Assembly: GCA_900617105.1 (NCBI GenBank)
Contig: UYFQ01000083.1
Span: forward strand, 124,001-164,477
DNA length: 40,477 bases
Direction of reading: 5' to 3'
Origin: Hydrurus foetidus
Lineage: Eukaryota
Of this stretch, positions 17,027 through 28,880 are shown piece after piece. A program made the translations under genes and the position numbers. Within the stretch, counting starts at the first letter, position 1. Every line of letters begins with the position of its first letter. The notes under the pieces are model-generated. The model did not search any database. It saw nothing but the letters and a program-made list of their open reading frames with translations, and had not been told where the DNA came from.

Positions 17027-19359
17027 TTACGCGGAGGGAGAAGGAGGAGCGGAGAAGGCGGCCTCGGCAGCCATCGATATGGGGTTGGGTGCTGTGACGA
17101 AATTAAGAGAGTGATTAGATTATTTGAGAGAGCGATGCTAATAATTTCCATATTACAGGTCGGCAGATACTTCCACCTTTACGTCTTCTAAGTAAAGTGT
17201 TGCAATGCACTACACTACACTACACTAGGTTGAACTAATTGACGTTGCTACCAGAGATGAAACGAAACGACTAGATTAAACAGTGCGTACCGTTGGCTAC
17301 AGGTGCTGGTACAGCCTCTTGGCCGGGTCTACCGGTAGCTGACGGTGCGTTATCCCGGAGCTGCACGGCTCTGCGAGACAGACGCATTTGACCCTGCAGA
17401 AAGGGAGAAGAGAGTGGAATAGAGAGTGACAGCATAACAGAGAAGTAGAGAGGAGGAGTGAGTTGGGGAATGAAAAAAAGAGGGGAAAAGGAACAATGAA
17501 TGAGAAGGGGTAATGCGTGCGTGTGTGCGGCAGGAAGGAAGAAATGAAGAGAGAAAAAACTTCTTGGGAGGAAAGGAATCAAATGAATTCATACGCCACT
17601 AGAGGAGCGTAAATGCGCTGGCATGGAATTGCATGATAAAGAAAAATAAGGAGATGTCTACTAACCTTGTCATTCTTGCCCAAGTATTTGACGTCTATCA
17701 TTTGTCCGGACACGAACCCAGCCGCCTCAGGCGATGCTATCTGTTGGTCCCAAAGGTGGTAGTTTGGAGTTGGTTAGATGGGGGATACGACAGAGGAGGA
17801 GGGAAAGAGGAGGAGAGAAAGGTATGAGTGAGTAGAAGGAGTGAGCTGCACAGAGAGGAGTGGTGGAGGAAGAAGTGTAGAGAAGAAAGGATGAAGAATA
17901 ATTAAAATTCATGAAGAGGAAGAAGAGATGTGCACCACAAATGCAACACAGAGGAATTCGAAAAAAAAGAAAAAGTCAAGATATCAAGAATTTGGAAAAA
18001 CGAGAAGAAAAGAAAGGGCAAAAAGGGGCAATGTTATGTACCTTTTTGTTGTCCAGCTCTGAGACGTGGACAAGTCCCTCATAGCCAGGTAGCATCTCAA
18101 CGAACACTCCGAAGTTGTGAACCCCTTTGATGACGCAATCCCTGGGTGGAGTAGTGCGGAGGAGAGGGAGGTAGTGATGAGGTAGTGCTGGGGGAGTGAG
18201 GTAGTGATAGGGGAGAATGATGTAGGGTGAGGAGAGATGGCAGATAGAGAGGGGTTACCAACTAAATTGATTGACGTATAAAAAGTGAGTGGAAGTGAGA
18301 ATGAGAGAGTAAAGGAGGTGGAGAGAGGGAAGTTCAGAGGATATGAGAGGTAAAATGAGATACACATCAACCCTACAAAGACGCAAAGAAATCAAGCATA
18401 ATTCATAAAATTATCACTCACCTGTAAACTATTCCAACTTCAGGTGGTGGGCCAAGCTCGACTTTTTCCTTTCTCTCCCTCGAATCTCCTCCTTCTCTCC
18501 TTTCTCTCCCTCCCCCTGATTTACTTTCTTCCACTAGTTTCATAATAACTTCCATGACTTCAGAGTTCTTCTCATTAGAGAAAGATTCGATTTGTACACT
18601 TCCTGTATCTTCTAAATTGATATTTACTAGTCCGTACGTTTCGATCATTGTCTGCACGGTTTTCCCTTTAGGTCCAATAATTTTTCCGAGGGCTTCAGGT
18701 GGTACCATGAACTCGAGAATCCTGAGAACGAAATTCAAAAATGAAAATAAATGATGGGATTAGAAAATGAAATCAGTGACAGGTGCGTATGCGCGAATGC
18801 ATATTTGCATTCATTTATTGAGAATTGGATGTGTCTGCACGTATCACAAAAACAGAATAAATGAACGAGAATGCACACGAGTTCAAGGTGAATGATTCCA
18901 ACCGTTGAAAACGACTTTTCACTCTGCGCTTAAAACATTTCGTTCTATTACAGTAAGAGATATGCATGTATATGAATATGAGTGTGTGGGGTGTATACGT
19001 ACTTAGGGATGGTGTCCTTCATCTTCCTTGGTACCGATAGGGCGGCTTTCATATCGGCTAATATGGACAGACGGCCTCTGCGCGCCTGAAAATAGGAGAG
19101 AGGGAAGAATGAGAGGGAGTGAGAAAAGAGTGAGAAGAGAAAGAAAAAGAGGGTAAGAAGGGAAAGGCGTGAAAGGAGAGAGAGAGTGAGCTGCAAGGTG
19201 GAAGTAGGTAATTGCTGCACAACATTTGTACGTACCTGCAAGAGAGCTCTTTCGAGCGTTTCTAAGGTCAGTCCCTCGCTCTTGATGTCGAGCTGGAAAG
19301 TCGTGATTCCGGTCTCGTTACCAGCAACAAAAGAGAGAGAGAAAGAGGAAGAGAGGAAA

Positions 19360-19390
<31 letters not shown>

Positions 19391-22300
19391 AAGAGAGAAA
19401 AGAGAGGATTGAGAGAAGAAGAGATGAAGGTGGAGAAAGAATGAGCAATGAAGAAGAGAAGACTATGCATTCTGAGTCTGGAATTTTTCTACCTTTGAAG
19501 TCCATGGTTCCTAAGGCGTCTTCGAGGCCGAGAATGTCCGTCAGAATAACGGGTTCGTCTCCTTCTTCCTCCCCTACGGTACAGAAATAATAATTTGTAT
19601 TTTGCATTTTGTCAGCATACGAATCATTCCTCTTATTTAGGTATCACAAATATGAGGAGGCTACATGTCAGATCTATGATTTGAGTTGTTTATATTTCGG
19701 CACAAAACTACTCACTAAAAAAAAGAAAAATCAATTTAATACCATTGCTGACGTATGAAATTACTGAGATGCAACATTATTGAAATATAACATTGTTGAA
19801 ATATTACGTTGCTGGAATAGGACAACACTAGAATTCAGTATCATCGTATTATGACTCCGTTGAAATAAAGCAGTAGTAACGTATGAAATCAGTGACGTAC
19901 CTAGGATGAGTCCCATGGCCACCCCCGCCACTGACGTCTTGAGAGGCACTCCAGCGTCAAGCATCGCCAAGCAGCACCCACACACAGTCGCCATACTGTG
20001 GGTGGTGAGGGATTAAAGGAGAGAGTGAGGAGAGAGAGTGAATGAGTATATATATATATATACATATATATGTATACATATACATGTATATATATAGAGA
20101 GAAGAATAAGGGCAGGAGTGTGTGTATTAAAACTGTTGAGAGAGGTTGGTTTGGAAGTTGTTGTCTTAATCGTGGAAAGATAGGGCAGGGGCTGAGGGGG
20201 AGAGAGATTAAAAAAAGATGGGAGAAAGGAGAACCTTCATTCTTACCCTGCCCTAACTTTCACTCCACTAGCATACAATCCTAAACAAAAAAGATTGTGT
20301 AGTTTCTAAAGATCCTACCTTGAACTTCCGCAACTCTCTGTGATGAGTGACTCCGCTCTGATGCTGTAAGGGAAGTCGGAGACGTCAGGAATGCATGGAA
20401 TGAGTGCTCTCTCCGCTAAGTTGCCGTGTCCTACTTCTCTTCTGTTTACACCACCCACACGTCCAACCTGTTGGGAGAAAAAAAAGGAAAAAATACATAT
20501 GGAAATATAGAAAGATGGTGAAATGGCGAGGAGATGTAGAGATGAAGGAGGAAGAGGTGGGGAGAGGACTTTGAAGGGCGCATATATTGGTCGTGATAAT
20601 AGATAACTGTCAAGTATTCCTTCTTAAGAGAAATATCGCTACGATACCAAATATTTTGCTACGTGGATTCAATACAGTATAGCAAAAAGGGCTGACCCTT
20701 AATAGGAGCATTTACGGAGTGCAATAACCGGGTACCAATGCAGATAAGGGAAGGTGAGTGGGTAAACTCATGGTACTTAATATGAGAAACGGGACGTGCG
20801 GAGAGTGTGGCAGAATGACAAAGTTGCTGAAATGGTGAAGTAGAAAGTGTGATAAATGATAGCGCTCATTTTACAGTTTTGAAACAGATTTTATTCACAT
20901 TATGGCCATTTTAGCCGATGTCATAAAGCTGGGTTAAATGTTAATCATAGCGCTGATTACACGGATGTCTAGTTGATAAAATTAGGTGGGAAAAGTGATT
21001 TTAGTGCGGTGAAGGGAAGACAGCAGAGGAATTGTAAATGAGATTTCAAAGTTGTTGTGACTATGTACATCAAAACGTACGCAAGGGGAGAAGAGAGATT
21101 CAACTTCCGATGAAGATGCTATTCATAAATTGTATGAAATCAAACTAAAGAGGCGTGTACTCTTATTATGTCACTCACTACGTCCAATACAAATACGATG
21201 ATAATAAGTCGTATTGTACTGAAGTCACTCTTATAACACTCACTCACCTCTCCTACGGAAGATGGAGGGAATCTGTACTGCAAGTAGAACTTCTTCGTGC
21301 TCAGCTCGTCCAGATTCTCAAATCTAGCTTCCATCGCCTTCGAGCCTGAGGATGATTACGAGAAAAGGAGAGGAATGGGGTTGAGGATGGGGAGAGGTGG
21401 GGTGAGAGAGAGGGAGAGGAATGTGTGTTTATGTGTATGTGTGTGTGGGTACGTGTAAGAGATTGAGGGGGACGAGTTTGAGAATGTAACATGGCAAGGA
21501 TATGTGGTAAGGAGTGCAAATGCGATGTGACGAGGCGATACGGATGTTTGTGATACGGATGTTTGTTTGACAAAGTAGGTGGAGAAGAAACGAGGGATGT
21601 CGATTTAACCGATAGACGGACTTTAAAGGACGATGATGTTGAACCATGTTGCTTCTCTATCCTCCCTGACGTCACTCACAGTAGGTCGAAAAACATGAAA
21701 AGTGTGAAAAACACACGTACCTAGAGTGGCAGTGGAGAGGGATTGCGTCTCTCCTCTAGTGAACAAACTGGAGCCATGTGCGCCAGGTAGGAGGGAAGTG
21801 TCGATGCTGATAGGACGCACCTCCTCCACTCCTCTTCCGTCACTTCTCTTGCCTGTCGTCAAGATGATACTACGCAATCTACGCACTAATAGCTTCTTTC
21901 TGGCGATTTTTACGTCTATTGGGTCGTAGTTGTAACCCGTAGAGAGGGTTGTTGTGACTTTCTGACTCTGCAGGTCAGACTAAGAACATGAGGGGTAATA
22001 TAAGGAAGTCAGATTTCTATACCAGACAATGACGTCGATGACATAATATGATACAATATGTAACGATATTATTCGTTGTGGCATGATATATCATGTATTA
22101 TGATATAATGCATCATAATGTAATGCAAACCTTCTTAGTCAGTGCGATTTCTGATGCTTCGTCTTCTTCTTCGTGATCTTTGCCGCCCTCTGGATCGTCA
22201 ACGGTAACCTCCTGGAAAATGTGAGAGGAGAAAAACGGTAAATCGGTAAAATGCAAGTGAGTTGACGATGAGTGGCAGGGAGAAAGTGTAGTTGGTCGTC

Positions 22301-25300
22301 TACACGGAAACGTGAATCACGCAGTGGTGTCGTGTGTTGTATTGCATTATACCGATTTTTACTGTTTCGCATCAAACGACACCCATCAGCTTAACGACAT
22401 TACAGTACTCTACACGAAACTACACTACACTACATGATATCACGTCACATTTCGATGCAATGCTTCACATCCTATCACATTACATTCCACCTCACCGCAT
22501 TATATCACATTGCAGAGCTTATCAAATTTAAAATCATACCGCATCACCCACCTCGTCAGCTAGTATGGCCACTAGAGGAGCCCCTCCGTCAGTGCCTTCA
22601 AACGCATCATTCCTCTCAGTCGGACTGCTCTCATCGCCATCTAACGAACTCTACAAGGAATAAAAAGAGTGGTAAAGTAAGTGAAAAAGAGTAGAAAAAC
22701 AAGGTGACAGAAATAAAGAAATGAGGGAATAGGGGTGAGAAGATTATAAGAAAGAATTCAGCGTATTGATATTTTGTAAGTAGACAAAAGTGAGGTACAG
22801 AAGTGATGGACATTCGATGAAAGAAAAGTAAAGTAAATAACACTCAAACCACGGTGAGTCAGTACAGCATAAAAAGAACTGACACAGAGAAGAGAATTGT
22901 CACCTTGTCAGCCTTGATGAGAGCAGGTGGGAGTTCGACACAGAACCTCTTGGTGAGTTCAGCTTCGACAGCCGCTACTGCTGCTCCTCTCTTGTGCTTG
23001 TTGCCGATAGAAAGGGCTACGTCTAATTTGGCACCGAACAGCTGTGAGAAAAAGGTGGGGGATGAGAGAGAGTTGCGGTGATCTGAGGGGTAGCTGTTAG
23101 ATAAGGAGGAAGGGAGAGCAGAGAGAGATGTGAGGTGTAACATGCTATTGGACAAACACTGTATGCTAGATGATGGACGAGAAAGTAATACAGTGGGAAG
23201 GCGAAGATGACAGGTTAAAATAAAAAAGAAATATTTGGAGTAATAAGGGATGAAGACGTGCACGATGCGTGATGAATGAAATCGTACGTACGTAAGAAAT
23301 AAACGCGACAAGGAATAAGATAGATACGGTGTAATTCAGGAATTCCATGTGAGACATCAGATTACGCAGTCTCTGTGTGGACCTTCAGTATTTCACGTCT
23401 AATCTGCTCTGATATTCATGCAGCACATGCATTTCATTTTATGTGTATTTTGAATCCTCTCTCTCTTCTCTTCACTTCTCTCCTCTTCTCACCTTGTCCA
23501 TGGAGTTAAGAAGGTCTCCTGGTAGTTTTCGGAGAGTGTCTAATTTCTTTTTCTTTCCAGCAACCTCTTCGAAGATAGTCAGACCGTCACAAATAACACC
23601 AATAGCAGTGTGGCCTGATGTGCGGCAGATGGGGATGCGTGCAGAAGGAGTAGGGGCGGTAGGATGGATGGATGGTGTTTAGATTTGAGTTGAATTTAGT
23701 TGAAAGTTGGGAAAACAAGATGGAGCTTTGTAGATGGGATGAAGAAGGTCACAGGAAGGGAGAGAGAGAAGTACGAGGGGTAGCGCTTAAGAATGTAACA
23801 ACATACAGACTGATTGCGTAAAAACGGTACACAAAAAAACTGTATTGGAAGAATCAAAGGGGAAGATTTCTATAACACTACTTACTCTGATAAGTACCTC
23901 TTAGCAAGAAAAAAATTGGGAATTCCCAAAAAGGAAAAAGAAAAGTCTGACGCAAGTAAATCTGAATTCCCACCTAATTTAAGTGCCTCAACCATCAATT
24001 CTTCTGGCAGGAAATCAGCAGCTCCTTCAATCATAAGAATTCCATCTTTAGTGCCTGCAACAGTGAGCTGTAAAGAGCTGCTTTCCATTTCTGCTTTGGT
24101 GGGATTGACTGTAAGTGCGCCATTCACCAATCCGATTTCAACTCCAGCCACTGGTTTTGACATCGGAACCTGGGTCAAATTGTGGATTTTAAATGTGTGG
24201 TGTGTGTTAATGAGTGTCATATTCGTGATCTGATAGGGACTTAAATTGATTATGGTGTCTACGACTCTGAAAGCATTGAAAGCTCTCTTGTTCTGACAGC
24301 GGGGCATGCGACCGAAGATAACGAGTAGACTCACACACGTGAGCAATATTCTTCTGTCATCAAAATATCTTACAGTTCTCAAATTGTATCAACATACGTA
24401 AGTGTTCTACTATCCTCCAGACATAATTACATAAATATCATATATTCAAGGTTATCAATTAAATGATGCACGAGAGATACTTAGGAAATAGCACCAACCT
24501 CGCTGATGCACATGGCAGCACTTGCACTGCAAATAGAGAGCGCTTCGGGACTGTGGATTTTGTCGTATGAAAGTACCCAAGTTAATATCTGGGTCTCGTG
24601 CTGCCATCCATCTGAAGAAATGGAAAAAAAGAAGAAGAGTGAGATGAGTGAAAAAAAAGGGATTAAGAAAAAGATAGAGAAGAGATGGAATAAGATGAAG
24701 AATAAATTAAAAATAAGCGGTCAACTACTTGTCCACTGAAGAAGCAATTTCTCTCCATATGCCCCAGCTATAAAAATCAAACACTTCATGGGTAAAGTAA
24801 TGATTCCAGCACAGCCAACAGACCAGTCTTATTCACTGCATCATCTTCTCTTAGTCCGTCCATTTATATACATCTTTTGCCTTTATCGATGGAACATGTA
24901 AGTTTCGTTGCATCGATCCATTCTGTGCTCTATCTCATCTATTTCTCCATTCTTTGATACCCCTCTCCTCCCTTCCTCATTCCCTCTCATTCCCACCACC
25001 ACAGTAACTTCAAGCGCAGTAACTAGAACTCACCAGCGATCATTGGTCGTATGGGTCTGTCAATGAGTCTCGCCACTAATATCTCTGCGTCATCTCCTCT
25101 GCAGTCTCTACGGTGGAAAGCACCCACAGTCTGACCCACAGCACTAAGTAATTCAATAAGACATATTTAATTTAGTTTAATTGAGTTTCATATCATATGG
25201 TACGGTTGAGAAGAAACGTAAATTAAGAAAGTATGTCCTAGAAGATGCATGATTGATAGGAAAAAAAGAATGTGTGTTAGTTATAATAAGAATTTTTTAA

Positions 25301-27294
25301 GATAGCTTAATAGGAGAGATTGATACGAATTATTTGGCAGGTAGAAAGGTAGATGTAAGTGATGGTGCATTGTGGGCGATTACTGTCAGAGTAGAAAAAG
25401 CAAGGGATACGAAAGATGTAGAATAGGTAAAAATGATAGACTTTTGAATGCAATGTGTAAATCAAGAATAGAAGAAAAAGGCAGAAGCAGTACGCTATAT
25501 TCTCAATACAGCGGTATCTATTTGTAATACGATATCTTTCATGTAATATGTTAATTTCTCTACACGTACGTACGTACGTACCTATATCTGGCGAACCAGT
25601 CAACTCTTAAGGGTGTGAAATCGACCGGTGTGGGCTCTCTCTCGTTACATACAGTAGTATACACCTGAATATTAATTTGGTTTGATTTAGTTTGATGGGG
25701 ATTCATTAATTAGATGCTGAAATGGATTCTATTTGTACTGTGTGTACTACATCGAAATAGTTTGCGAAAAAATGGGTTTGCTTGCCAGGCAGAGATCACT
25801 TAAGACTGACATGCACAGCGGATGAAAGGAGTCTAAGTGCCTCTACGGCCGATGATTATCAATCCATCTAACTTAATTTCATTCTGCAGCGCTGTTGAGG
25901 ATTTACTCATTTTAGTATGTTCGTTTTAAGAGGAGAATGATTAAGCAATCTTGTCAGTCTTTCCTTCAAATGAAAACACTCCATCTAACAAAGTGTGCGG
26001 AAAATGTAAGGACGTACCATAGTGTCTTGTGTACGTGACACCACAGATCCGCCTGCTTGTCTGCCCATTTTACCGGTTTCGAAGGACATTGATTTTCCAG
26101 CAACCTACATACGGAATTACAAATGATAATTGTTATTCCGATAATCTTTGCTTTAGAATCAATGTTGTGAAGATGATGTACTTGAACAACAAAAGTACTG
26201 ATGGGTTTATTATATTGAGGTAAGATCGTGTGGTGGTTTTGCTATGATAACAAGATTATTCATTTGCACTGTATCTAATATTATGTATGAGTGATTACAG
26301 ATAGATGCAGCGCAACAATCTGTAAAGGACCCGTTGATGCACTCCTGACATATTTAATATGAGTCACTGGTGTTTATACTGAGTCGCATTGCGTTGGGTA
26401 TGCGTCATACTTATTGGGAAATAAATGGTGAGAAAGATCGTAGTTATCCACTGGTTAAGAATTCATCTCCTCTGATATTCATCTCATAACGAGAACTGTC
26501 TCTAACCTTCAATGACTATTATCATATGTGGTGCATGTTCGTGCTGCTAATGATAGTGAATGTACATGCCCTGAGCGAGACTATCTGACTAAATATGTCA
26601 GAAAAGTCTATATTAATAAGAGTTCTAAATAGACCCTGATACTTCAAGTACAAATAACTATCTTTCGACCAATTCTAGGATAGATCTGACTAGAACTCGG
26701 TAAACAATATATTTGCAGTGGCGTGAAAAGCTGTTAAAAGCGAAGAGATAGTGGTGGCATATGATGACGAGGCACTTGTACGTCGTAAACACCCAAGTTG
26801 AAGTGTTCTGATAGTATATTTCTCAACGATCTAGGTGATACTGAGTTTCCCACGATGCCCACTAAGCGGAGTACTAGCTTCCGACTTTTGATGGTCTATC
26901 AAATAATTCATCAAGAATAATGGATACTGACGAATCTGATTAGTGTGCCCTTTCGAAACATACAATCTATCGCTAGATAAATCACCAATCAACAACATCC
27001 ATTTCAGACGGTACTTCAGACAGCACAAACAGCTATTTGCATGTGATAGCATTGATGGGCTTTCGGAATTTAGCTCCTGCTGATGTTACTCACCTCGAAT
27101 GAAATGGAGTGAACCCCATTATCGCTCTTAACGTCGTAGATGCCGTGACTGCCCATTTGCAAGGCTAGTCTGCCACCATATGAGGTAGTATAGCTTCTGC
27201 TGGATTTCATGAATGGCATCTTTGAACTGAATGCGTTCGCAGTAATTGCGAGTAGGCCAAGTAGAACAATCATTTGGCAAAGTAGAAACGCCAT
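17027..27294 (-). CDS. pnp: Polyribonucleotide nucleotidyltransferase (PNPase), plastid-targeted, 22 exons
   Basis: Signal peptide ending ANA/F. Motifs in order: [119 protein letters not shown] domain ([10 protein letters not shown]), S1 domain ([20 protein letters not shown]). First exon 27294-27094, last exon 17091-17027. Confidence 0.95.
20858..20954 (-). ncRNA. 97-bp intronic element, copy 1: candidate variant C/D-box snoRNA (alternatively a MITE)
   Basis: 94/97 identical to 29135-29231. On the host sense (minus) strand: stem AGCGC, C-like ATGATTA (20948-20942), internal ATGA (20924-20921), D-like ATGA (20869-20866), stem GCGCT. The duplication is certain; the RNA identity is inferred. 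Confidence 0.4.
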
Positions 27295-27747
27295 CCTTTC
27301 AGCAGATCGCTAGGTTTGATCGATCTAATTGATTATTGTGAATCCCGATTCCAGGTAGCAGACAACAGCTGGGCCGACAAAGAAAACCCTTGATACTTGT
27401 CTCAACCCTTGCACGATTCCCAGGGCTGTTATCTTAGCACAAGAAGGGACTATTTCGGTATTCTTTTGATGATGCACTTACTGCTGCTTCGACTGGTGAC
27501 AGGCAGTGACAGTGATTGAACCCGGGAACGCCGATTCTCTAAAGGGGACATTTTTTTCTGAGTTAGTACTTTACCGATAATACCGATAAAAGCCGGATTG
27601 TACCGTCTGGGCAAACACTACGGTACGGATTAAGTGTTAGAAGTTAGGAGTCTATGGCCTATGGTATGGCGAAGAACGTAGAAGGGTTTCCGACAAAGCG
27701 AGAAAGGAGATTAGCAGATAACGAGGGATTCTCGGCGAGCTTTCGGG

Positions 27748-28483
27748 ATGAGTTCCAGTGATATTGTTGTCAAACAGTTTCGTCAGATATTGAAACATGT
27801 CAAATCTCTCCCCTCAGGAGCTTCGCCAACTTCCTCCCTTAGAACTTATGTAACCCAGCAAGTGAGTGGATACAAAACGAACGACTTAATGCAAAGAGCG
27901 TTCGCATACACGATAATGACAGTTCCGAACTTACTTATTCATGACGAATGTCTCAGTTCCAATTAGGAAAGTTTGAAGAAAATGAAAGAGAGGTAATCTC
28001 TCGAAGACACACTGCACACACATATTCTACTTTGATTGCGAGCATAAAAGAGCTCCGACGTCTGAGAGACTTAGATTCAGGCGAAAAACTTGAGCCAAGA
28101 GATAAGATAAGAGCAACTGGTGGAAGGGTTGGACTAGGAGTCCCGAAGGTGAGCAACTTACGATCAATTATACACTACAGCGAGTTGCTTACTTGTGATA
28201 AAACTTCAAAGCCCTGACAGCCGCTATCTCTGACAGCTCAACTTTGATGATTGATATGTCCTTTCCTGCTTTGCGATTTAAATAAGACATCAAAATCAAA
28301 TTGCGTACTTTGTTCGATTGTTTTCTGACCAAATGTACCGATCTATCACTTCTTCAGTTTGCCGATGAAGCGGAGAAAGAGTTCGAGATCAGAGACAAGG
28401 GCATGAAATACGAGGATAAACTGATTAAGAAACTCACTCCCTTATCGCCGCTGCCCCTGACCAGAACAAAAATTATTGACTGA
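27748..28483 (+). CDS. FMC1: LYR-family protein, FMC1-like mitochondrial ATP synthase assembly factor, about 143 aa
   Basis: Exons 27748-27861, 27957-28148 and 28358-28483. QFRQILK (LYR-like), YVTQQF, AHTYSTLIASIKELRRL and RATGGRVGLGVP follow the FMC1 pattern (A.TY..L.S....L ... RVGL.LP). Confidence 0.62.
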
Positions 28484-28880
28484 TATGTATTTTCATTCTC
28501 CTTGCTGCTCGTTATGTTTTCGAAAACAAGAAGTGCTGTTATCTTTTGTTGATAATGCAAATATGTCGTCTGAGATTCCTAAAATTTTTGGTGCAGTTGC
28601 GGCGGTAGGCCTCGAGTGACACAAAGTCGGTGCAGTCGATGGAAATTTCTCGATTTATGGTCCACCTCAGAGGGGGCGATACGTTTTTATTTACAGTCAT
28701 TACATGTATATTTTGATGGATTTCTATCGACTGACGAGTCGTAGTGACAGGGATATGTAAGACAAAAAGTTGCGTTGAAAATGAGCTGAGTGTGTTACTA
28801 GATAAAGTGGATAAACTTTCACCAGATAACCGTGGCAAATGTGCTGAAAGAAACAGACGTAAATGATGCTGTTCTTCAGA

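Noticed and set aside
26345..26601. 12-bp inverted repeat ctgacatattta in PNPase intron 1
   Set aside because: Short and AT-rich with no TSD, so compatible with chance.
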